Shown here: piece after piece, positions 57,170 to 64,000 of the stretch
Layout of the letters: each line of letters starts with the position of its first letter
How positions within the stretch are numbered: the first letter of the stretch is position 1
DNA from: Anaeromyxobacteraceae bacterium
GTDB taxonomy: Bacteria; Myxococcota; Myxococcia; Myxococcales; Anaeromyxobacteraceae
DNA: 64,000 bases
NCBI GenBank assembly: GCA_032654565.1
Contig: JAULAX010000009.1
Coordinates: 288,001 to 352,000, forward strand
Direction of reading: 5' to 3'
Program-made: the position numbers and the translations under genes
The notes under the pieces: generated by a model
Database searches by the model: none
What the model was told of the DNA's origin: nothing
Seen by the model: only the letters and a program-made list of their open reading frames with translations

Positions 57170-58420
57170 TCAGGCCACCTCGATCCGGTTCCGCCCCCCG
57201 GTCTTGGCCCGGTAGAGCGCCTCGTCGGCCCGCGCCACCAGCCGCTCGGCGTCGCGGGCGTCCGGGTCCTGGCCGGGGAGCGCGTCGGCCACGCCCAGGC
57301 TGGCGGTGACCGAGAGCTGCTTCCCCTGGTAGTCGACGCGCATGGCCTCGATGGCCTGGCGGAGCCGCTCGGCGATGGCCCGGGCCCCCTCCCGGTCGGT
57401 CTCCGGCAGCACCGCCAGGAACTCCTCCCCGCCCCAGCGGCCGAGCAGGTCGGACTCGCGCAGCGCCAGGTGGGTGGCCGCCGCCAGGCCCCGCAGCACG
57501 GCGTCGCCGGCGGCGTGCCCGTGGGTGTCGTTGACGTGCTTGAAGAGGTCGATGTCGAGCAGCACGCAGGAGCAGCGTCGCCCGTGGCGCTTCGACCGGG
57601 CCAGCTCCTCCTGGAGCCGCTGCCCGGTGTAGCGCCGGTTGTGCAGCCCGGTCAGGTCGTCGGTGACCGCCATCTCCAGGATGCGGGCCTCGGCGACGTT
57701 GAGGCGGCGGTGCAGGCTGGCGGCCAGCCCGCCCAGCACCAGCAGCAGCGCCGCGGTGGTGAAGACGAAGAGGCCGACCGCGATCCAGCGCGCCTGCGCG
57801 ACGCCGCGCTCGGCCTCGGTGACGTCGAAGGTCACGCTCAGGCCGCCGCGGACCTGCCCGACCTGGTAGCCCTGGTGGGCGTGGCACTCCAGGCAGCTCT
57901 GCTCGACGCGGAGGGGGCCGAGATAGCGGAACACCGTGCCCCCGCCCCGGACCTCCCGGGTCGAGACCTCGGTCTCACCGCGCTCGAGCCGCTGCAGCGC
58001 CTCGGTCTCGAAGGCGTCGGGGGCGTTGGCCGGGTTGAGCGGCTTCAGGCTGGTGAGGTGGAAGCTGAAGGAGCCGTCCCGGGCCGTCAGGTCCGACATC
58101 TCCCGGGTCATCAGCGCCGGGTTGCGCATGGTGTAGATGGTGCCGTCGGTCCCCTCCCGGTCGGGGTGGTCGAGGAGCGGGCTGGAGTCGACGCCGGGTC
58201 GCTTGGCCACGTAGACGCCACCGTGGACAGAGTTCCAGCTGCGGGCCAGGGCCACGGCGCCGAAGATGGTGCGGGCCCGGGTGGTGATCTCGGCGTCGAT
58301 GGTCCGCCCGGTGCTCAGCGCCAGGCCGGTGTAGAGCCCCGAGACCGCCAGCAGCACCACCAGGCTGAGGTTGATGAAGAAGCTACGCCAGTGACCGCGG
58401 GTGGCTGGCACACCGTCCAT
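57170..58420 (-). CDS. Diguanylate cyclase with periplasmic c-heme (DUF3365/Tll0287-like) sensor
   Basis: TM, SLKPLNPANAPD, CLECH, TM, DDLTGLHNRR, RESD I-site, GGEEF. Confidence 0.92.
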   Translation of the reverse strand: MDGVPATRGHWRSFFINLSLVVLLAVSGLYTGLALSTGRTIDAEITTRARTIFGAVALARSWNSVHGGVYVAKRPGVDSSPLLDHPDREGTDGTIYTMRNPALMTREMSDLTARDGSFSFHLTSLKPLNPANAPDAFETEALQRLERGETEVSTREVRGGGTVFRYLGPLRVEQSCLECHAHQGYQVGQVRGGLSVTFDVTEAERGVAQARWIAVGLFVFTTAALLLVLGGLAASLHRRLNVAEARILEMAVTDDLTGLHNRRYTGQRLQEELARSKRHGRRCSCVLLDIDLFKHVNDTHGHAAGDAVLRGLAAATHLALRESDLLGRWGGEEFLAVLPETDREGARAIAERLRQAIEAMRVDYQGKQLSVTASLGVADALPGQDPDARDAERLVARADEALYRAKTGGRNRIEVA

Positions 58421-58453
58421 GCCGGGATGCTACGCCGGCACGGTGGGTCGGGA

Positions 58454-59326
58454 TCAACTTCCGGGCCTGCCGGCCCGACTGGGGTGCGGCAGGAGGTCAG
58501 GCACCCGGTCGCTGGAGAACACGCTGGCGGCGACCCACGCGGCGTCCGCCGCCAGGAAGGCCCGGTTGTCGGGCCGGCTCCCCGGCGGCAGCTTGCGCGC
58601 CACGGCGAGGATGTGGAACGGAAGCATGGTCTCGACGGCGAGGAGCTGGACGCCGACGTGATCGAGCAGCCTCACCGCGGCGCGGGTGTCGAAGACGTGC
58701 TGGTGGAAGCAGCGGTTCTCCACGTTCCTCAGCGAGCGCTGCCGGAACTGCTCCGGCGTCCCGCCGCCGGGGTCGAGCGCCAGGTCGTGCAGCGCCAGGA
58801 TCTCCTCGAGGTGGGTCATGTCGTCCTCGCCGACGCCGGCGGCGGCGTCGGCTACCAGGTGCTCGAGCGTCGTGACCGGGCGGCGGTGGTCGAAGGTCCC
58901 CTCGCGGTGCGGCAGCAGCAGCACCAGCGCGCCGCCCTCCTCGAGGACGCGGAGCCACTCGCCGAGCGCCCGGAGCGGATTGGCGCAGTGCTCCAGGGCG
59001 TGGGAGGAGAGCAGGAAGCCGTAGCGCGCCGCCGGTATGCCCGAGAGGTCGGAGGCCTCGGCGATGTACTGGCGGCCCGGGGCCCGCCCCTTCTCGTAGA
59101 CGAAGGTGGCCCCCTCGACGTGCGCCTTCCAGACGGTCTGGCTGGCGAAGTTGCAGTTGTCGAGGCCGCCGACCTCCGGGTAGACGGGCAGGATCCCCCG
59201 TCGGCCGCCGAAGACGGCGCTGGGGCCCCCCACCTCCAGCCCGGACCGGCCGCCGACCAGCGACACCACCAGGGGCAGGCAGCGGGCCCGGGAGTGCCTT
59301 CGCAGGAATCGGGGGATCCAGTTCAT
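58454..59326 (-). CDS. SAM-dependent methyltransferase (type 11-like)
   Basis: GLEVGGPS, LLSSHALEH, EWLRVL; start ATG 59326. Confidence 0.8.
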   Translation of the reverse strand: MNWIPRFLRRHSRARCLPLVVSLVGGRSGLEVGGPSAVFGGRRGILPVYPEVGGLDNCNFASQTVWKAHVEGATFVYEKGRAPGRQYIAEASDLSGIPAARYGFLLSSHALEHCANPLRALGEWLRVLEEGGALVLLLPHREGTFDHRRPVTTLEHLVADAAAGVGEDDMTHLEEILALHDLALDPGGGTPEQFRQRSLRNVENRCFHQHVFDTRAAVRLLDHVGVQLLAVETMLPFHILAVARKLPPGSRPDNRAFLAADAAWVAASVFSSDRVPDLLPHPSRAGRPGS

Positions 59327-59501
59327 GGCGTGGGGCCCGTGTCGAGGGACCGGGAGTTCGATAGCACGATTCCGGCCCGGCGCTCCGAACAGCCCGACGG
59401 TCCGCGGCGCTCCCGGCCCGGCGCCCCCCGCTTGATGAGGCCGGGGCCGCGTGGCAAGCTCACCAGCCCCTCCCCGACCAAGGCCGACCGCCCCACCGCC
59501 C

Positions 59502-60098
59502 ATGAGCTCCCGCCACCTCGACCTCGGCTGCGGCGCCGTCCCGCGCAACCCCTACGGCCGGGCCGAGGTCCACGCCGTCGACCTGGCGGTCCCGCCGGGC
59601 CTCGACCCGGCCCGCTTCCGCCGCGCCAACCTGGCCGTCGAGCCCATCCCCTACGACGACTCCAGCTTCGACTCGGTCTCGGCCTTCGACTTCCTGGAGC
59701 ACGTCCCGCGCCTGCTGCCGACCGCCGACGGCCGCTCCACCCGCCTCCCCTTCATCGAGCTCATGGACGAGATCCACCGGGTCCTCCGGCCAGGTGGCCG
59801 CCTCTACGCGGTGACGCCGGCCTTCCCCCGCCCCGAGGCCTTCGTCGACCCCACCCACGTCAACCAGGTCTCCCTCGGCACCGCGAGGTACTTCTGCACC
59901 CCGGACCCGCTGGCCCGCATGTACGGGTTCCGCGGCGCCTTCGCGCTGGTCCGGAACGAGTGGGCGCTGCACCCGGAGGCCTTCAGCGCCAGCCCCACCC
60001 TCGGCTGGCGGCGACGCTTCACGCGCTGGCGGCGTGCCCGCGGTGGCCGGCTCTCCCACCTGCTCTGGGAGCTGGCCTGCGTCAAGCCGGTGGCCTGA
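59502..60098 (+). CDS. SAM-dependent methyltransferase (type 11)
   Basis: HLDLGCG, FDFLEHVP, HRVLRPGG, DPTH. Confidence 0.88.
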   Translation: MSSRHLDLGCGAVPRNPYGRAEVHAVDLAVPPGLDPARFRRANLAVEPIPYDDSSFDSVSAFDFLEHVPRLLPTADGRSTRLPFIELMDEIHRVLRPGGRLYAVTPAFPRPEAFVDPTHVNQVSLGTARYFCTPDPLARMYGFRGAFALVRNEWALHPEAFSASPTLGWRRRFTRWRRARGGRLSHLLWELACVKPVA

Positions 60099-60831
60099 GC
60101 CGCAGCCCCAGCAGCCACTCGCGGTTCCCGGCCGGCCCCTGGATGGGCGACTCGGCGTGGCCCATGACCTCGAAGCCGAGCGCCCGGGCCGCCGCGGCCA
60201 CCGCCTCCAGGGCCGCCAGCCGCTTCGAGTCCTCGCGCACCACGCCGCCCTTCCCCACCTCGCCCTTGCCCACCTCGAACTGCGGCTTGACCAGCAGCAG
60301 CGCCCAGCCCCCGGGCGCGAGGATGGCCTTCACCGCCGGCAGCACCAGCGTGAGCGAGATGAAGGAGAGGTCGCCCACCACCAGGTCGACCCGTCCGCCG
60401 AGGTCGGCGGCGGTGAGCGCCCGGGCGTTCACCCGCTCGCGCACCACCACCCGCGGGTCGCCGCGGATCCGGTCGTGGAGCTGCCCGTAGCCGACGTCGA
60501 CGGCGTGGACCTTCGCCGCGCCGCGCTGCAGCAGCAGGTCGGTGAAGCCGCCGGTCGAGGCCCCCAGGTCGGCGCAGGTGAGGCCGGCCGGATCGACGGG
60601 GAAGACCTCCAGCGCCTTCTCCAGCTTGAGCGCCCCGCGCGAGACGTAGCGCTGCGGCCCGGCGCCGTCCTTGATGCGCAGCGGCAGGGCCTCGTCGACC
60701 TGCTGGCCGGGCTTGTCGACGCGGGCCTCGCCGGCCACCACCGCGCCGGCCATCACCAGCGCCTGCGCCTGGGTGCGGGACTCGGCCAGGCCGCGCTCCA
60801 CCAGGAGCAGGTCGATGCGGCGCCGGGCCAG
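60082..60831 (-). CDS. tlyA: TlyA-family rRNA 2'-O-methyltransferase, probable CTG start
   Basis: S4 domain RIDLLLVERGL, YVSRGALKL, DLGASTGGFTD, VKPQFE, SPIQG..GNRE. Confidence 0.93.
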   Translation of the reverse strand: MARRRIDLLLVERGLAESRTQAQALVMAGAVVAGEARVDKPGQQVDEALPLRIKDGAGPQRYVSRGALKLEKALEVFPVDPAGLTCADLGASTGGFTDLLLQRGAAKVHAVDVGYGQLHDRIRGDPRVVVRERVNARALTAADLGGRVDLVVGDLSFISLTLVLPAVKAILAPGGWALLLVKPQFEVGKGEVGKGGVVREDSKRLAALEAVAAAARALGFEVMGHAESPIQGPAGNREWLLGLRLRPPA

Positions 60832-60839
60832 GGGGGCTC

Positions 60840-62750
60840 CTAGGCGACCCCGCGCGCCTTGGTCTCGCCGCAGAGCGACCGGCAGGCGGCCACGATGGCC
60901 GGCGCGTCGATGCCCACCTCGGCCCGCTGCCGCCCCTGCTCGGCGTGGGTGATGAACCGATCCGGGATGCCGAGCCGCCTCACCTGGACGCCGCTGGCCA
61001 CCAGCCCGGCGGCCTCGAAGGCCTCCAGGCAGGCGCTGCCGAAGCCGCCCTGGAGCGCGTTCTCCTCCACGGTCACCACCCGGCGGATGGCCGCCGCCTC
61101 TCCGCAGATCAGCGCCTCGTCGAGCGGCTTGACGAAGCGGGGGTCGATGACCCGGGCGTCGAGGCCGCCGCGGGCCAGCTCCTCGGCCGCCGCCAGCGCC
61201 GGGGCCAGCGTCGAGCCGGCCGCCACCACCAGCACGTCGGGCCGGGCGCCGCCGGCGCGGACCACCCGCCCCGCGCCGATGGGGAGCACCGCCGCCGGCC
61301 GGTCCAGGGCCACGCCCACCCCGGCGCCGCGCGGGAAGCGGAAGGCGCAGGGGCCGGGGTGCTGCAGCGAGGTGTGGAGCATGTCGCGCAGCTCGGCCTC
61401 GTCGGACGGCGCCATCACCACCAGGTTGGGGATGCAGCGCAGGTAGGAGAGGTCGAAGGCGCCCTGGTGGGTCTTGCCGTCGGCCCCCACCAGCCCGCCG
61501 CGGTCGAGCGCGAAGGTGACCGGGAGCTGCTGCAGGGCCACGTCGTGGATGATCTGGTCGTAGCCGCGCTGCAGGAAGGTGGAGTAGATGGCCACCACCG
61601 GCCGGATCCCCTGGCAGGCCAGGCCGGCGGCGAAGGTGACGGCGTGCTGCTCGGCGATGCCGACGTCGTAGGTCCGCGCCGGGAAGGCCTGCTTGCACTT
61701 GATCAGGCCGGTCCCCTCCAGCATGGCGGCGGTGATGGCCACCACCTTGTCGTTGGCCTTCATCTCCTCGATGAGCGCCTCGGCGAAGAGGTCGGTGTAG
61801 GCCTTGGGGGCCGGCTTCTTCACCGACTTGCCGGTGGCCACGTCGAAGAAGGAGAGGCCGTGGCCGCGGGTGGCGGGGTCGGACTCGGCCGGGTGGTAGC
61901 CCTTGCCCTTCTGGGTGATGACGTGGAGCAGGACCGGGTCGCCGAAAGCGGCCAGCTTCTGGAAGGTCTCCACCAGCGCACCCACGTCGTGCCCGTCGGC
62001 CGGCCCCACGTAGTGGAAGCCCAGCCCCTCGAACATCACCCCGGGGGTGACCAGCGCCTTGGCGGCGACGATGCCGTGGCGGATGGCGTCGATGGCCTCG
62101 TGCCCCTTGGGCAGCCTCTCCAGGAAGTCCTTCACCCCCCGGCGCCAGCGGTTGTAGGTGCGCGAGGTGAACTTCTTGGAGAGCCACTCGCCCATGGCGC
62201 CGACGTTGGGCGAGATCGACATCTCGTTGTCGTTGAGCACCACGATCAGGTCGCGCTTCAGGTAGCCGGCCTGGTTGAGCCCCTCGAAGGCCTCGCCGCC
62301 GGTCATGGCCCCGTCGCCGAGCAGCGCCACCACCTTGCCGGCCTGGCCGGTCAGGTGCATGGCCTCGACCATGCCCAGCGCCGCCGAGATGGCGGTGGAG
62401 GCGTGGCCCACCCCGAAGGCGTCGTGCTCCGACTCGTGCCGCTCGGGGAAGCCGGCCAGCCCGCCCTCGGTGCGGATGGTGCGGAACCGGTCGCGCCGCC
62501 CGGTCAGCAGCTTGTGGGCGTAGGCCTGGTGGCCGACGTCCCAGACCAGCTTGTCGGTGGGTGAGGAGAAGACGTAGTGGAGCGCCACGTTCAGCTCCAC
62601 CGCCCCCAGCGAGGAGCCGAGGTGGCCGCCGTTGGCGGCGCAGGTCTCGATGATCTCGTCCCGGAGCTCGGCGCAGAGCGCCGGCAGGTCCCCCACCGGC
62701 AGCTTCTTGAGATCCGCGGGCGAGTCGATCGCGTCGAGCAGGTGGCCCAT
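60840..62750 (-). CDS. dxs: 1-deoxy-D-xylulose-5-phosphate synthase
   Basis: GGHLGSSLG, WDVGHQAY, GDGAMTGG, IAEQHA, DGKTHQG; AGGAGG RBS before ATG 62750. Confidence 0.97.
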   Translation of the reverse strand: MGHLLDAIDSPADLKKLPVGDLPALCAELRDEIIETCAANGGHLGSSLGAVELNVALHYVFSSPTDKLVWDVGHQAYAHKLLTGRRDRFRTIRTEGGLAGFPERHESEHDAFGVGHASTAISAALGMVEAMHLTGQAGKVVALLGDGAMTGGEAFEGLNQAGYLKRDLIVVLNDNEMSISPNVGAMGEWLSKKFTSRTYNRWRRGVKDFLERLPKGHEAIDAIRHGIVAAKALVTPGVMFEGLGFHYVGPADGHDVGALVETFQKLAAFGDPVLLHVITQKGKGYHPAESDPATRGHGLSFFDVATGKSVKKPAPKAYTDLFAEALIEEMKANDKVVAITAAMLEGTGLIKCKQAFPARTYDVGIAEQHAVTFAAGLACQGIRPVVAIYSTFLQRGYDQIIHDVALQQLPVTFALDRGGLVGADGKTHQGAFDLSYLRCIPNLVVMAPSDEAELRDMLHTSLQHPGPCAFRFPRGAGVGVALDRPAAVLPIGAGRVVRAGGARPDVLVVAAGSTLAPALAAAEELARGGLDARVIDPRFVKPLDEALICGEAAAIRRVVTVEENALQGGFGSACLEAFEAAGLVASGVQVRRLGIPDRFITHAEQGRQRAEVGIDAPAIVAACRSLCGETKARGVA

Positions 62751-62764
62751 GACCGTCTCCTCCT

Positions 62765-63646
62765 TCACTTCTTCCGTTCGATGACGTAACCGGCCAGCGC
62801 CCGCAGCGCCGCGGCCCGTGGTCCCAGCGGGGCCAGGGCGGCCAGCGCCTCGCCGAGCAGCGCCTCGGCGCGGGCCCGGGCGGCCGCCGGGCCGAGCAGC
62901 GACGGCAGGGTGGCCTTGCCGGCGGCGGCGTCCTTGCCGGCCCGCTTCCCCAGGGTGGCGGTGTCGGCGGTGAGGTCGAGCAGGTCGTCGGCCACCTGGA
63001 AGGCCAGCCCGAGCGCGAGGCCGAGCGGGTAGACGGCGGCGGCGTCGGCCCCGGCGCAGCGGGCCCCCCCGGCGATGGAGGCGGCCAGCAGGGCGCCGGT
63101 CTTGGTGCGCATCAGGGTGAGCACCTCGGCCTCGCAGAGCGGGCGGTGCTCGGCCTCGATGTCGCGCTGCTGCCCCTCGACCATGAGCAGGGCGTTGTCG
63201 GCGAGGAGGCGCGCCAGCTCCCCGGCCACCGGCCCCGGCCCGGCCAGCAGGTGGGCGAAGGCCAGCGACTGCAGCCCGTCACCGACCAGCACCGCGGTGG
63301 CCTCGTCGAAGGCGACGTGGACGGTGGGCCGGCCGCGGCGCAGGTCGTCGTCGTCCATGGCCGGGAGGTCGTCGTGGACCAGCGAGTAGGTGTGGACGCA
63401 CTCCATGCTGAGGGCGAAGCGCATGGCCAGCGAGCCGTCGGAGGCGTCGCCGCCGTGGGCCTCGCAGGCGGCCAGGGCCAGCGCCGGCCGGAGCCGCTTG
63501 CCGCCGGCCAGCAGGGCGTACTTCATGGCGTCCACCAGCCGGTCCGGGGCCACGCCGCGGCGGGTCTCGACCAGCGCGGTGAGGCCCGCCTCCACGCGCG
63601 CGGAGACCGACCGCAGGTAGGGCTCGATGGCGAAGGGCTCGCTCAC
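62765..63646 (-). CDS. ispA: Farnesyl/geranylgeranyl diphosphate synthase
   Basis: GGKRLRP, HDDLPAMDDDDLRRG, FQVADDLLD. Confidence 0.93.
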   Translation of the reverse strand: MSEPFAIEPYLRSVSARVEAGLTALVETRRGVAPDRLVDAMKYALLAGGKRLRPALALAACEAHGGDASDGSLAMRFALSMECVHTYSLVHDDLPAMDDDDLRRGRPTVHVAFDEATAVLVGDGLQSLAFAHLLAGPGPVAGELARLLADNALLMVEGQQRDIEAEHRPLCEAEVLTLMRTKTGALLAASIAGGARCAGADAAAVYPLGLALGLAFQVADDLLDLTADTATLGKRAGKDAAAGKATLPSLLGPAAARARAEALLGEALAALAPLGPRAAALRALAGYVIERKK

Positions 63647-63800
63647 GGTGGACGCCTTCTAGCACGCCCGGCGCCCCGGTTCACGCCGCGCCGGGGCGTG
63701 GCGGGACCGCCGGGGAGGACCCGGGTGAACCCCGAAACACTTCGGATTCCCGGGGCCATGGTCTACCCTCGGGGCTCCCCTTCCCCCTCCCCGCCACGCC

Positions 63801-64000
63801 ATGATCTCCTTCCTGGTCTGCTCCATCAGCGAAGCCCGCGCCGCCGCCCTCGCCGGGAACCTGGCGGCCACGGTGGGGGTCGAGCACGAGCTGCTGGTCC
63901 ACGACAACCGCGAGGCGCGCTGGGGCCTGGCCCGGGTCTACAACCACCTGGCTGGGCGGGCCCGCCACCCGCTGCTCTGCTTCCTCCACGAGGACGTCAG
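63801..64000 (+). CDS. Glycosyltransferase family 2-like protein, N-terminal part (runs off window)
   Basis: Hand translation MISFLVCSISE...HDNREARWGLARVYN...LLCFLHEDV. Confidence 0.7.
   Translation, partial: MISFLVCSISEARAAALAGNLAATVGVEHELLVHDNREARWGLARVYNHLAGRARHPLLCFLHEDV

Noticed and set aside
63715..63760. Hairpin CCCGGG...CCGAA-ACAC-TTCGG...CCCGGG between ispA and the glycosyltransferase
   Set aside because: Single copy, no recognisable RNA family or U tract; insufficient support.

Overview
A very GC-rich bacterial chromosome segment. Gene content (Cys-rich lipoprotein, VegA-like zinc-finger protein, CXXCH-type NrfA, sigma54 activator) suggests an Anaeromyxobacter-like myxobacterium; this assignment is inference. 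The backbone is housekeeping: hrpB, sucA-sucB, purC, purB, dut, pnp-rpsO, rimP-nusA-ylxR-infB-rbfA-truB and ispA-dxs-tlyA, plus Mg/metal transporters, c-di-GMP enzymes, a tricorn protease and a MoaD-MoaE fusion. Accessory pieces are an HNH nuclease, a HipBA-like toxin-antitoxin pair, a sigma54 activator/hemerythrin/YwiC module, and a ~3 kb block between truB and rpsO carrying nrfA, a collapsed pseudogene and a zinc-ribbon gene. The most notable signals lie outside the ORF track: (1) the FmdB-type zinc-ribbon gene's UGA is followed by a SECIS-like hairpin with a GGUC loop, suggesting a C-terminal selenocysteine; (2) many genes have a TANNNT -10 box 6-9 nt before the start codon and no Shine-Dalgarno, suggesting leaderless mRNAs; (3) tlyA probably starts at CTG; (4) a palindromic repeat occurs in two copies 27 kb apart; (5) a secreted metallothionein-like peptide. 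I saw no rRNA, tRNA, CRISPR array or transposase. Most long ORFs in the track are GC-bias shadow frames. All family assignments are by eye, without database searches.
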